DNA from: Azolla caroliniana
Lineage: Eukaryota > Plantae > Polypodiophyta
Assembly: GCA_043228905.1 (NCBI GenBank)
Contig: JBHGNT010000004.1
Location: forward strand, 21,514,001-21,578,000
Reading direction: 5' to 3'
Length of the DNA: 64,000 nt
Shown: piece by piece, positions 26,501 to 37,969 of the stretch
Position numbering within the stretch: the first letter of the stretch is position 1
Layout of the letters: the number at the start of each line of letters is the position of its first letter
The notes under the pieces: model-generated
What the model saw: the letters and a program-made list of their open reading frames with translations, nothing else
What the model was told of the DNA's origin: nothing
The model's database searches: none
Position numbers and translations under genes: made by a program

Positions 26501-28708
26501 GATCGAAGTCCGAAGGGTAACATTTTCCGATGTGCCGACCCTTCAAGAAGGCCCCGCTCTTAACACACGGTCAGCTTCACGGGTAGCTGAACCTTACACT
26601 CCCGACTCGGACAGCTCCGACTCGGCACAGCCGAATGACTCGCTTTCGGACCATCCGACCTCGATACCCGATGCGACCAGTCCAATCATACCTCGACGAT
26701 CCGAGAGACTGTCGCAACCTCCGGAGAGGTATTCTCCTGGAATTTTCTTCACCGACGCCGGCGAACCGACGTCTTACGAAGAAGCATCGACATCTGTCGA
26801 TTCAGCCACCTGGCATCTGGCGATGGAGTCGGAAATGCACTCCATTCGGGCAAACAAGACTTGGGATCTGGTCGAATTACCTAGGAACCGACGTGCTCTT
26901 CCTTGCAAGTGGGTTTATCGACTAAAAGAGACGTCTGATTCGACCACCCCAAAGTACAAGGCCAGATTAGTTGCGAAGGGCTTCCGACAAGAATATGGCG
27001 TCGACTTCGACGAGATTTTTTCACCAGTGGTAAAAATGACAACCCTTCGTTTCCTACTCGGCGTAGTGGCAGCCGACAACTTGGAGCTGCTTCAGCTAGA
27101 TGTCAAAACAACCTTCCTCCATGGTGATCTTGAAGAGGAAATTTATATGGAGCAGCCAAAAGGCTTCGTGGCGACTGGCCAAGAACATCTAGTCTGCCGA
27201 CTCAGGAAGAGTCTATACGGCCTCAAACAGGCACCGCGACAATGGTACAAGAAGTTCGACGACTTCATCCAATCGATCGGCTTCTCAAAAAGCGATGAGG
27301 ACCATTGTCTCTTCACCAACACAGCTCAAGATGGATCACCCATCTTCCTCATCATTTACGTGGACGACATGCTAATTTCTGGACGCCACGCGGGCGAACT
27401 TGCCGATCTCATTCGGCAACTGCGGTTGAAGTTTGCCATGAAGGACCTCGGTCCGGCACGACACATCCTTGGCATGAAGATTAGTCGGCATCACGATAAA
27501 CGACATCTTTTTTTGTCTCAGACTGACTATATCGGACGTGTCTTGGAACGCTTCAACATGCAATCAGCCAAATCTGCTTCAACCCCGCTCCCCATGAATC
27601 TTCGGCTCTCTCAGCGAGACTGCCCGACATCCGGTTCGGAGGGGGAAGATATGAAGTCGGTACCGTATGCACCGGCAGTCGGCTCCCTTATGTACCTGAT
27701 GGTCGCGACACGGCCTGATATTTCTCATGCCGTAGGAGTCGTTAGCAGATTTATGCACAATCCTGGCCGATCGCATTGGAACGCAGTCAAGCATGTGTTC
27801 AGATATCTGGCTGGCACAAAAGACCATGGCATTCTTTTCGGTCCGAACCGAACCTCAGGCGTAGTCGGTTACACCGACTCGGACTTCGCCGGCTGTATAG
27901 ACAGTCGGAAATCAACAACCGGATACTGCTTCAAATTCGGCAATGGAGCAATTTCGTGGAAGTCGAAACTTCAGGAGTGCACAACGACCTCAACGACCGA
28001 AGCAGAATATGTAGCTGCGTCCGACGCAGCAAAAGAAGCCTTATGGCTTGGTCGGCTGGCGCACACGTTTCGGCAAGTCGACCATGACTCGGCCCCAGTT
28101 GTCTATAGCGACAGTCAAGGTGCTGTTGCCTTGTCGAGAAATCCGGTTCACCACAACGCCTCCAAACATATCGACGTTCGATATCACTTCGTTCGGGACT
28201 GCGTCATTTCAGGGAAAATCGGTCTAGAGAAAATATCCACAACCGACAATGTCGCAGATGGAATGACCAAGTGTCTTTCGGCAGACCGTTTTCGGTCTCT
28301 TCGGCATCAGATGGGCGTAACGACAAACCAGTCCGGTTAGAGCCGGACACAGAGCAGGATGGTTCCCGACAACCGACATCAGTTCCTTAATGATCGGCTT
28401 CAACTGTTCCGACCCGACCAGTTCGGTCTTCTGCCTTCGGACCCTGCCGACTCGAACAAAGCTGATATGTCCGAGAACCTAAGTCTATACCTGTAATCTT
28501 AGATAACCCATGTATACGCCCATTACGGGGGAGTGTCGAATACATGTGTATAATGGACGTATTCACACTATCCCGTTTTGGCCATTTATGTAATTAGCAT
28601 AAAGGATAGTTGCCCTAAGTCGGTCACTATATATATTGACCTTGTAACCTTTTTGCAAGGTTGGGTGTTGTATTATTGCTTTATGGAATAAGGTCTTTTG
28701 TGTGTGTG

Positions 28709-28739
<31 letters not shown>

Positions 28740-28840
28740 AACTACCGAGAAACTGTCATACGCAGGTACTGCAACAGCAATCGAATGCTTCTTGATCGAA
28801 TTCTTCTTGATCTTCCGCATAGACGACCTCGTCTACAACA
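23316..28840 (+). mobile_element. Full-length Ty1/Copia element A with intact ORF
   Basis: LTRs 23316-23628 and 28534-28840 (TG...CA). TSD GCTCA. PBS TGGTATCAGAGC 23631-23642. PPT GGGGGAG. Confidence 0.96.
24327..28340 (+). CDS. Copia A gag-pol polyprotein (~1337 aa, uninterrupted)
   Basis: CNYCKKPGHIKADC zinc knuckle, WLLDSGAS protease, HHCC and DDE integrase, YVDD RT, RNase H (YTDSDFAG, TEAEY, KHIDVRYH). Confidence 0.95.
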   Translation: MASTSGSSEMSLRKFDGSNFNFWKEQMQDYLIVKGQIDPIENEEPPEGYKPIEWQKLDRIVRATIRMHLSESVYFTVQSCTTAFELWKTLSDTYEKKVAATKMFLIRRLYNLRMKESDSVQAHLNEYESISSQISSQGTAIEDELRAMILMSSLPSSWETFVTTVCNASTTAVKYSEVTSAILTEAARRKSFAKDSTDDAYVVQGSTDRSNIRGRDSSRPPNNQRRRSQSRDNRICNYCKKPGHIKADCRALKNKNNKKSGRHEEINYVSFSADVLPDDPNILSIENPVGSEVLLTTEESSTWLLDSGASFHVTPHRSQFRQYTIRHSDSVRVGNSQHCDIIGIGTVELNLAGGSTLVLHNVRHVPELSRPLISVGQLDEDDIRAGFSSGGWTLHRGNLLLARGPKIHSLYPLHVTLREGNLFLVDIPVSSLWHRRLGHLSKAGITHLSRAGYIPKLSFSDHQFCEHCQYGKQAAASHPTSAPRETRPLDLVHSDVCGPMPHQSLGGASYFVSFIDDSTRKVWAYPIRTKDRVFSIFSDWLAMVENQTDRKLKCFRTDNGGEFKSEEFVKFCQQRSIRREFTAPHSPEQNGIAERMNRTIQERIVSMLQHSRLSDGFWAEALLTAVHIINMSPSRPLGLQIPQELWIGSKPNYDKLRIFGCEAYALIPKDDRRKLAPRSRKCIFLGYGSDGEMGYRLWDPERRQIVRSSDVVFNESAMNPSVEKPIEVRRVTFSDVPTLQEGPALNTRSASRVAEPYTPDSDSSDSAQPNDSLSDHPTSIPDATSPIIPRRSERLSQPPERYSPGIFFTDAGEPTSYEEASTSVDSATWHLAMESEMHSIRANKTWDLVELPRNRRALPCKWVYRLKETSDSTTPKYKARLVAKGFRQEYGVDFDEIFSPVVKMTTLRFLLGVVAADNLELLQLDVKTTFLHGDLEEEIYMEQPKGFVATGQEHLVCRLRKSLYGLKQAPRQWYKKFDDFIQSIGFSKSDEDHCLFTNTAQDGSPIFLIIYVDDMLISGRHAGELADLIRQLRLKFAMKDLGPARHILGMKISRHHDKRHLFLSQTDYIGRVLERFNMQSAKSASTPLPMNLRLSQRDCPTSGSEGEDMKSVPYAPAVGSLMYLMVATRPDISHAVGVVSRFMHNPGRSHWNAVKHVFRYLAGTKDHGILFGPNRTSGVVGYTDSDFAGCIDSRKSTTGYCFKFGNGAISWKSKLQECTTTSTTEAEYVAASDAAKEALWLGRLAHTFRQVDHDSAPVVYSDSQGAVALSRNPVHHNASKHIDVRYHFVRDCVISGKIGLEKISTTDNVADGMTKCLSADRFRSLRHQMGVTTNQSG

Positions 28841-31800
28841 GCTCACCACTCCGACTGCATATCCTATGTCCGGTCTTGTACACACCATTGCGTACATCAA
28901 GCTCCCGACGGCAGAGGCATATGGTACTTTCATCATGGCCTCCTTCTCAGCCTTTGTCTTGGGGCTTTGCTTGCTGGACAGCTTGCAGTTTGCCGGGAGT
29001 GTTGACCCGACCGGTCTTGCTTCCGACATGTTGAACCGGTGAAGCACCTTTGTCACGTACTTCTCCTGTGACAGCCACAACTGCTTCTTCTTCCGGTCCC
29101 GGATGATGTGCATCCCTAGTATTTGCCTCGCCGGACCCAGGTCTTTCATTGAGAAGGTTCGGTGAAGAGCCTTCTTCAGCATCCGTATCTTGACCTGGTC
29201 TCGTTCGACGATCAAGATGTCGTCCACGTACAGGAGGAGTATTAGAAAGTCTCCTCCTTCGAACTTCTTCACAAACACGCAGTGGTCGGACTGCGTTTTG
29301 AGGTACCCTTCGTCGGTCATGAAAGAGTCGAACTTCCGGTACCATTGCCGGGGAGCCTGCTTCAGTCCGTAAAGGCTCTTCTTCAACCGGCATACCAGGT
29401 GCTCCTTCCCTTTCTTCTCGAATCCTTCCGGTTGCTGCATGTAGATCTCTTCTTCGAGGTCACCGTGAAGGAATGCCGTCTTCACGTCCATCTGTTCTAC
29501 CTCGAGGTCCATGCTTGCCGCTATGCTTAGCACCGTCCGGATGGAGGTCATCTTCACTACCGGGGCAAATATCTCGTCGAAGTCGACGCCCTTCTTCTGC
29601 TGAAACCCCTTCACCACGATCCTGGCTTTGTATCTCGGGGGGTTTCCGGCATCTCCCGGTTTCAGCTTGAACACCCACTTGTTTCGAAGTGCCCGCTTTC
29701 CTTTCGGCAACTCCACAAGTTCATATGTGTGGTTCTCATGCAGGGAATCCATCTCGTCCTGCATGGCACTCAACCACCTGCGGCTCTGGGTGTCATGCTT
29801 TGCTTCTTCAAAGCTCTCCGGCTCCCCTTCGTCGGTTAGCAGCACGTGCTCTGGTTCTGGAAATCTCCGGGGGGCCCTTCTCTCTCTTAGAGGATATCTC
29901 CGTTCCGGAGCTTCGGTAACCGGTTCTTCCGATTCTTCTTCATCCGAATCCATTTCGGGATCGGGGCCGGTTCCGGTATCATTTTCATCTTCTTCGGCCA
30001 GTTTTGTTTCTTCACCGTCTTCGGCCGGATCCTCGAGTGCTAACCGGTCCCTTGCCGGTCGGGACTGCTCCTCGTAGAGTTGATCCTCACCGGTCGACTT
30101 GGAGCTCTTCATCTTCTTCTCCGACTCCCAGTCGGCGAGTGTCTTGTCCTCCATGAAGATGATATCTCGACTCCTGAATATCTTCTTGTCGACCGGGTCC
30201 CATACTCGGTAGCCGAACTCGTCCTCGCCGTAACCGAGGAATATGCATGGCCGGGTCTTTGGATCTAGCTTTCCTCTCCGGTCCTTAGCCACATGCACAT
30301 ATGCGAGACACCCGAACACCTTCAGATGCCGGTAGGATACTTCCCTACCGGTCCACACTCTCTGCGGCGTGTCTCCGTCCAAAGGTACTGAGGGTGATCT
30401 GTTTATCACGTATGTCGCCGTCGACATCGCCTCAGCCCAAAACCCCTTGGGTAATTCCGCATGCGCCAGCATACTCCGGACCCTCTCCATTATGGTCCGG
30501 TTCATCCTCTCGGCCAGCTCGTTCAGTTCCGGCGTCTTCGGCACAGTAAACTCGAGCCGGATTCCCTTCGAGCGACAGTACTCCGCGAACTGCCCCCGGT
30601 ATTCCCCTCCGTTATCCGCTCGTATCGCTTTCAGCTTCTTGCCGGATTCCCTTTCCACTCTCGCGTGGAGTTCTTTGAAGACGCACAACACTTGGTCCTT
30701 TGTCTTCAACGGTGCCGTCCACAGCTTCCGGCTGTGATCATCAATGAATGTTACGAAGTACTGGGCTCCGCCATGTGACTTCGTTTCTACCTGACACACA
30801 TCAGTGTGTACCAACTCCAATGGTACACTACGTCTCGTCGGTGGCCTTGAGTGGAAGGAGGTTCGGTTCTGCTTACCGGCCAGGCAATCGGTGCACTTCT
30901 CCAGGTGCACATGTTTCACTGGAATAAGGTTGTCTTCTGCAAGCCTCTTCATCCCCTTCTCACTCATGTGGCACAGTCTCTTGTGCCACAGCTCATCGGC
31001 AGTGTCGGCTGCCACGTTCAACTCTTCCGGACACAACCAGGCATTCATAAGGTACAGTGTGTTGACTTTCCGGGCCCGAGCCACTATCAGGCTCCCCTTG
31101 CTGAACTTCATTACGCCGTTCCGGATGCTACCTGTGTAGCCTTCATCGTCTAGCCTCCCGGCCGAAATCAGGTTCAATCGAACCTCCGGAACGTGTCGGA
31201 CATCCTTCAGCAGCATTTTGCATCCGGTCGGGGTTGTCAACCACACGTCTCCTATGCTGGCAATCCGGCATGTACCTTCATTTCCCATCCGAACACAGCC
31301 ATGCTCACCGGCTGTGTAGGATGAGAAGTATCTTCTTTCCGGGGTCAGGTGGAACGACGCCTCGGAATCGACCACCCAGGTCGTCTCATCGCCGGCAATG
31401 TTTAGTTCACCTTCTTCAGTGATGAGCATGATCTCCTCTTCACTTGCCGCGAGTGCCGTCGTTCCTTTTCGGTCCTGCCCTCACCGATCCGTGGCTCCCC
31501 GGTATGCACCGTTTCGCTCCGGTGACTTCTTCGAATCGGTGTCGTCGGCTCCGTTGTCTTTTCGGTAATGCCGACAATTCTTCCGGAAGTGCCCCGGCTT
31601 CCCACAGTGGAAGCATGTGGGCCTTCCTCTTGACTGCGACCGGGTCCCCGACTTCTCCCGTCTTTGCGGACTCCGGTTCCATTGTCTTCCCCGATCCGAT
31701 TCGGTAAGCAGCGCCTTCGAGTCGGAGACCGGTTCTTTATCTCTCCGACGCGCTTCTTCATTTAGAATGCTTGTCTTTACCGTTTGTAGAGACAAGTTAT

Positions 31801-34498
31801 CTTCGGTGCAGGAGGTGCTGAGAGTCACCACCAAGTTCTCCCAGCTTTCCGGCAATGTACACATCAGAATGATGGCTTGCATTGCATCCTCCAGCGGGAA
31901 CTTGATCGCCGCAAGCTGGTTCACGAATCCCATGAACGTGCTTACGTGTTCCACCATGCTCTCGCCGTCCCGGTACTTGAGGTTCACTATCTTCCTCATC
32001 AGGGAGGTCTGGTTCAACGCATTCTTCCTCTCGTAGAGGCCCGACAGCTTCCGCCACATCTCATATGCGTTGATGTCGTTCGCCACATGTTGTAGAACGC
32101 TCACGTCGACGTATTGCCGAATGGTTGCAACGGCTTTCCGGTTCAGAAGCCTCCATTCCGACTCGAGTACCCCCTTCGGTATTTCCGACCTGTCAATCGG
32201 TTCGTACAGGTCCCGAACAATCAGAAGATCCTCCATCTTGATCTTCCAGTCGGCGTAATTCTGCGCATTCAGCACCATCATCCCCGGCTGCCCGCTGCCG
32301 CCGCCTTCCATTTTCTGCAGCAGCTCGCTCTGATACCAAATTGATGGAAAATTAATTGACACTTTCCAAAACTTCACCTCTCGGCCACAACCAAGGAAAC
32401 ACACGAATCGTTGTTGCAGAAGATGGGAAATGCAGTGGACACACGATTTAACGTGGAAAACCCTGTACGGGAAAAACCACGGGAGTACAAAACTCCGAAC
32501 CAAAACTATGCACAGAGAAGTATACAATGGCGAGCTGCAAGGCGACGACCTTGAGCTCGCTGTCCTCGCCACAGGCGGCGGAAATACACAGAGGCGTCGA
32601 CCTCTTCCTCTCTCACGCTCTATCTCTCTCACGACTGCTCTCTCTTCACTCCTCTTGAGTGGAAAAACAGAAAAATAAGAAGCAACATAAAACTGTTTGC
32701 CCTAAGTCATATTTATACACATATGACTTTAGGGCTATTTACAACTATAGCCTCAAGGGCCCTTAGCAAACATATTCACGGATATGTCCCCGCATCCGGA
32801 TCTCTCTCCGGGTACATTCGTCATCCGGCTCCGAAGCCGGGGTCTTCATCATCCGGTTCCGAAACCGAAACCGGGCTCGTCGGCATTCATCTCCGACATC
32901 CGACCATCCCATCCGAAGGGACCGTAATCCCAACAGTAAGAAGCTAAGTAGACTGGTTTTGATCTCTTATGTGCATTTCACATATTAGTCCCTATCGCTA
33001 ATTCTTGGTATATTACCTTTAGTTCAATAAAGAGGTTATCCTTTGCATGTTCGAACTGCATACATTGGTATCAAAGTCTCATAATGTGGTTGTCACTAGG
33101 GTGGAGTGGATCACAAAGTATAGTAACTCAATCTACTTGCTAGATTACATGGGAGCCCCAATCTCTTGTATATTAAACTCTCTTTGTTTAGTTGGTGGTC
33201 TCAAGAAATCAATGTTATCTTCTATGGTTGGTCATACACAAAATCAATTTGTCAATGATTTTATCTCCTATGACATTTTCCAATCATAAAATCTCAAATA
33301 TTATGATTAATTATGCTAATAAAGGGAATGGTTTCGATATTCTCTGATTTAGAAGGAAAATGGATTGATGTAGATATATAAAGTCTCTAAACTATGTTTC
33401 TAATTATGAGCTATAATGGTTATGAATATGCCTATAACAGGGAGTATATTATATTGTGAAATGCACATAAAAGGAAACCAAACTAGCTTGCCTAGCTTCT
33501 TACTTATCGTTCAATTCATAGAAGATACAAAGGTACCCATTTTCGGTTGGTCGAGCTACATGCGTCCCAAAAGGGTGTGCTAAAAGGGTGGTGTGTTAAA
33601 AGGCATGCACTCGCATGAAAGGGACACCACATTTCCCCCTTGAGAAAAACAAGGAGTTTTACGACATGGGGAGAGGAGGATTGCTAGAAGATAGGCTTGG
33701 GGTAGTATAGGGCTTGATACGGGCAACATGGGTGGGGGTGAATCGGCTGTTGGAATCACGTCGGAGCAAGTAAGTAGTGGATTTGATGGCGCGAACTACG
33801 GTGAATGGGCCGATCCATCGGTGCATGAGGGATTTGCTCAGACCGCGGAATCAGACCGGGAAGTAAACAAGGACTTTGGTTCCATCAGAATAAGTCAGGG
33901 TAATTCAACCCACATCATAGTGCCGCTTCTAACATTGTTGTGCGACTTGTTGATTTCGGGAGCTAGCTTGTCGAAGGAGGGGGAGCATTTGTTGGAGATA
34001 GAACCCCCAAGTGGCACTATCCGTGTTGGTAGGTTTGGAATTGATGTCAATGGACGATTCTGGTGGGAGTCGAGGGTCGTGCCCATAGAGTGCTCGAAAA
34101 GGGCTGATCCTTGTTGACGCATGTACGACTGTATTGTAGGCGTGGGTGACCAAAGGCAAGATTTGATCCTAGGTTTTGTGGCATGGATCGATGTAAGCGG
34201 CAATCTCCTGCTTGAGGGTCTTGTTGAGGCGTTCGGTGAGGCCATTTGTTTGCGGATGGTACGTGGACGTAAACACTTGTGATGAAGTAGCAGTTACATA
34301 TTTTATTACCGCGGCTATTAGAAAGAAGGCCACTATAGGTAGAGACAAAGCAGAGAGTAGCATGCACAACAATGTTAGAGAAATCGACATACAGATGAGT
34401 GATAATGAAGATTATAATGTTAATAACAGTCCCTTTACAATTCCGCATTACATTGGGAGTGAAAAACCAAAGAAATCCTCTACAAATTTTCCCATTCA

Positions 34499-34637
34499 AA
34501 AACCTAACCCTAAAGCTAACGCTAACTCTAACACTAACCCCAACCCCAAACTAAAATCCTCTACAAAGAACCTAAAACCTAATCCTTTTCAAAAATCTAA
34601 CCCTATTGCTAACCCTAACCCTAACCCTAACCCTAAT
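34499..34637 (+). repeat. Telomere-like (CCCTAA)n and degenerate (NCTAAC)n hexamers in the PLE 5' ORF
   Basis: taaccctaaccctaaccctaaccctaa at ~34610-34636 and degenerate units at 34501-34550; these encode NP/NA/NS/NT dipeptides. Confidence 0.75.
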
Positions 34638-35830
34638 TTTCCAACAAAAAGAAATCCTCGATCATTGAACCACCGGAACCTCCTCCCGCAATACATCTGC
34701 AATATAACAAATAATCAAGTAAGTAAAAGTCCTCATCAAAACCATTATGGCCCACGAGTCTTACTTTATAACCCTAATCGCCCTTTCTTTAATCCTATCT
34801 ACAACCCAACTAACCATATAGGGCACACGGTTCCCTCATGCACGGCGGAAGCGGCATACCCACCGAGGACATCTATCCAACATCCTCACATCGAACGAAA
34901 TTCAAACCAATATATTTCAGCCTCACACGAGCCACACTCGCGGCCTATACATCACCACCATACCTCGCCGGAATTTGAATTGGAAGGATACAATAGAGAG
35001 CGAAGATCTTACTTCGATAGCGGCTACACGTGCGGCGATGGTGGATGATTGTCACACCATAACGGCGGCTACATGAGCTGTGGCGGTGATTATCCTACGG
35101 GTCGATACGGGAGGTCCATCCAATGCGAAGGCCGTACATCTTTTGGAAGCGGCACACGTGCCAACATAAGACAAGAAGTGTATCCCCATGGCGGCTGTGC
35201 AGGAGATCATGCAAGTCATGGCACGAACGACCTTCCGTCTTTCCCTCGCGGCCCTCCTCCTCCTCCTCTCCTCCCCACCCCATCCCTGCAGACAATTTCA
35301 AACATACCCTCTCACTTCCCATATTCGTTTAACCCTAATCACGCCCCTCCCCCCCCCTCCTTACTTCCTACAAATTTGATGCATGCCCCCCCTTTATTTT
35401 CTATAAACCCCCCTCATACCCCTCCCCCATTTTTTAACCATGCCCCTATGCATTTCCCCCCTAATAACCCCCACAACGTTTCCCTATTTCCAAACTATAC
35501 CCCTCCCCCTTTTCATGCATTTCCTACACATACCCCCCCCTTCTTTACACATAACTCCCCTTCTACTTCTAGTAGATTTCAATATTCTACCGCACCCTCA
35601 AAATTTCCCCCACACTTATATGAAATCCCTCATAGAAAACAACCTATCCGTACTCACAATAATCGGCCCCTTCCCACAAAACTACAAACTTTCCCATGTA
35701 ATAATGTTAGGACAAAAAACGTGTAGCTAGGCGTGCCAAACGCGATAGTAAACAGTTTCGGCACGCCATACATCCTGCGAAATGTCTCTTTTACCTTCTC
35801 GATAGACCTACTTCTACTTTAGATACTTTC

Positions 35831-37693
35831 ATGTGGTTAGGACGTCATACATCTAATTTTCCCTTCTCCCCATATGTGAAAAAGACCCATAGTAGGAAAC
35901 CCCGTAATAAATTTTGGACACCTCTCCTTAATAAACCTAGAATTAGTAGGATCCACAACCACTCTAATTATTCCCTCTCTAAACATGAGACACAACTCCT
36001 TAGCCTAGGTTTGAAACACATCCTCCCATCTTCTCCACCATCATCCCCTACCCTACTTAAAGAATTTGATAGCCTAAGTAGGACCCTTCGACTTAAACAT
36101 TTTTTTAAAGATGTGGATAATTTGCCCCAAAATCCCTTTAAGCTACCTAACCCTAGTTGGCAACCTCCTACTAAGTACACTCCCTTAGAAAACATTATAT
36201 CTAAACACCAAACTATCTTTAGGGACACACTTCATACACTCAAATTAAAACCCACTAGGATTGCACCTCACTTATCGCTAGCCTTACAATCTCTTAAGAA
36301 AAACAACAAAATCATAATCCTACCTGCTGACAAGAATGTTGGAGTGTGTGTTCTTGATAAAGACACGTACTATAACAAAGCTATAGAACACCTTTCTGAT
36401 ACTAATACATATAAAAAAGTCTCCCACTATCCACTTGAGGAATTATCCTATAGATTCAAAAACATTGTTAATAGCCATCTTGGTACCCTATCCAACATAG
36501 AAGCCAATTACATACTACATAAACCCTCAAAAGGGTACAAAGTATGCAATATCTATTTCCTCCCAAAACTCCATAAAAACCCAATAGGTTTTAGACCTAT
36601 TTGCTCATACAATAACTCCCTTTTTGAACAAACATCAAAATGGCTTCACCACCAACTCATGCCTATCCTTCTCCTTCAAAAGCAATATTTGAAAGACTCA
36701 CATTCCCTTGTCCAGACTTTAGAACATCTCAACCCACCCCCTAATAGCTTTATCTTCACCTTTGATGTTGAATCTTTATATCCCAGCATACCCCCTAGGT
36801 TAGGACTCCAAGCTTTACGAAAAATGATTACCCCACATTTTTCATCTTCTAAAACTAACCTTATCTATACACTTAGCGCACTCACATTAGAATATCACTT
36901 TCTATCCTTTGATGACATGATCTATCAACAAGTCAAGGGTACAACCATGGGTAGTAATTTTTCTATAGTTTATGCATGCCTATTCTTAGCTCACTTAGAG
37001 AACTCCCAGCCATCACACCCTAATCTTTTTTATTTCACTAGATATATAGATGATGCATTCGGGATATGGACAGGTACTAAACCCGAATTAGAAAATTACC
37101 TCCAGTTCTATAACACCTCCACTAATAATTGCATCAAAATTACCATCACCACTTCTCCCTTTAGATTACCGTTCTTAGATTTATGGATTAACCTAAAGAA
37201 TTCACATTTCTCCTTTAATTGCTACCAAAAGCCCCAAAATGCCTACCAATATCTCTCATTCTCGTCAGTTCACCCCCTTCACTTAAAACGTCATTTTATT
37301 ATTAATGAACTAAAACGATACCTAATTAGAGAAAGTACCCCCTTAGGTTTCCTTCGAATGAAAAAACTATTTTTTAGTAGATTAGTTAAGAGAGGGTATT
37401 CCCTTTCTTTTATATTAGAGAATTATAAAAAGGTGCCATTTAACGCTAGGAAATCACTAGTATTTAGTAGAAAACCTAAAAGTACCCTTATACCTGTCAT
37501 CTTCAAACTTAGGTATACGAAAGATACCCCTAGATTAGGAATTCACGACATGCTAGAAAACCTCCACGCAGATTTAGCCACACATCCCCAACTATCCGAA
37601 CTACCGCGACCCTTCATATGTTGGACTAAGTCTAAGTCCATTCATTCCCTTCTCGTCAAAACTAAATATAAATCCATAAAAACTCCCACTTAA
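35831..37693 (+). CDS. Penelope-like reverse transcriptase (620 aa; frame open from 35711)
   Basis: PLE motifs LLSLGLKH, ILPADKN, YFLPKLHK, FRPICS, FDVESLYPSIP, QVKGTTMGS, RYIDD, PFLDL, YQKP, HP.H.K, RGY. Ends ICWTKSKSIHSLLVKTK with no C-terminal GIY-YIG. Confidence 0.9.
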   Translation: MWLGRHTSNFPFSPYVKKTHSRKPRNKFWTPLLNKPRISRIHNHSNYSLSKHETQLLSLGLKHILPSSPPSSPTLLKEFDSLSRTLRLKHFFKDVDNLPQNPFKLPNPSWQPPTKYTPLENIISKHQTIFRDTLHTLKLKPTRIAPHLSLALQSLKKNNKIIILPADKNVGVCVLDKDTYYNKAIEHLSDTNTYKKVSHYPLEELSYRFKNIVNSHLGTLSNIEANYILHKPSKGYKVCNIYFLPKLHKNPIGFRPICSYNNSLFEQTSKWLHHQLMPILLLQKQYLKDSHSLVQTLEHLNPPPNSFIFTFDVESLYPSIPPRLGLQALRKMITPHFSSSKTNLIYTLSALTLEYHFLSFDDMIYQQVKGTTMGSNFSIVYACLFLAHLENSQPSHPNLFYFTRYIDDAFGIWTGTKPELENYLQFYNTSTNNCIKITITTSPFRLPFLDLWINLKNSHFSFNCYQKPQNAYQYLSFSSVHPLHLKRHFIINELKRYLIRESTPLGFLRMKKLFFSRLVKRGYSLSFILENYKKVPFNARKSLVFSRKPKSTLIPVIFKLRYTKDTPRLGIHDMLENLHADLATHPQLSELPRPFICWTKSKSIHSLLVKTKYKSIKTPT

Positions 37694-37846
37694 TACTATA
37701 TGCCTTTTATATCCCACCCACACACCCACCCCCACCTATCACTTATCATGTACATACATATAACCCCCCTCTAACCCACTTTCACTAACCAATCCATTAC
37801 CTATCACAATTCCCCGTTTCCCTCTCTCCCATCATTAAACTCCTAT

Positions 37847-37850
<4 letters not shown>

Positions 37851-37935
<85 letters not shown>

Positions 37936-37950
37936 TCCCCCTATATAAAC
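37851..37950 (+). promoter_or_regulatory. (CT)n tract followed by a TATA-like TATATAAA; putative PLE pseudo-LTR promoter
   Basis: (CT)n at 37851-37933 and TATATAAA at 37942-37949, ~20 nt upstream of the hammerhead. Promoter function is inferred. Confidence 0.4.
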
Positions 37951-37969
37951 CTACCCTCTTGTTGTAAAT

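Larger units (their letters stand above)
22723..32311 (-). pseudogene. Copia C gag-pol polyprotein, disrupted
   Basis: Gag with CFHCGKPGHFRKNC (32311-31481). In-frame TGA at 31481-31483. Pol 31480-28846 (PR DSEAS, IN, RT YVDD) is broken by Copia A. RNase H 23315-22723. Confidence 0.9.
22119..32935 (-). mobile_element. Full-length Ty1/Copia element C (Tnt1/Tork-like), interrupted by Copia A
   Basis: 594-bp LTRs 22119-22712 and 32342-32935 (3 substitutions seen). TSD GTAAG. PBS TGGTATCAGAGC (tRNA-iMet) 32327-32338. PPT near 22713. gag-PR-IN-RT-RH order. Confidence 0.95.
21091..32982 (+). mobile_element. Non-autonomous TRIM-like LTR element E (~1.07 kb without inserts); 3' LTR split by Copia C
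   Basis: 5' LTR 21091-21291 (TGTG...CACA). PBS TGGTGGAGATG(A)CGGGGT is complementary to the tRNA-Ala 3' end. Internal region lacks retroviral protein motifs. PPT GGGGGGAAA. 3' LTR 21960-22118 plus 32941-32982. Confidence 0.85.

Noticed and set aside
34395-34470. DY-x11-YIGS in the PLE upstream ORF as an N-terminal GIY-YIG
   Set aside because: No GIY-like strand and no downstream Arg/His/Glu catalytic pattern; followed directly by low-complexity NP repeats. An HMM search would settle it.
35046-35048. In-frame TGA in the PLE as selenocysteine
   Set aside because: Land plants lack the Sec machinery, the site is in a disordered region, and CGA-to-TGA decay is common in this window.
35831-37693. 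Telomerase RT, retron or group II intron RT
   Set aside because: Intronless, lacks TERT T/CP motifs, and has PLE-specific DKN, PKLHK and HP motifs plus a hammerhead.
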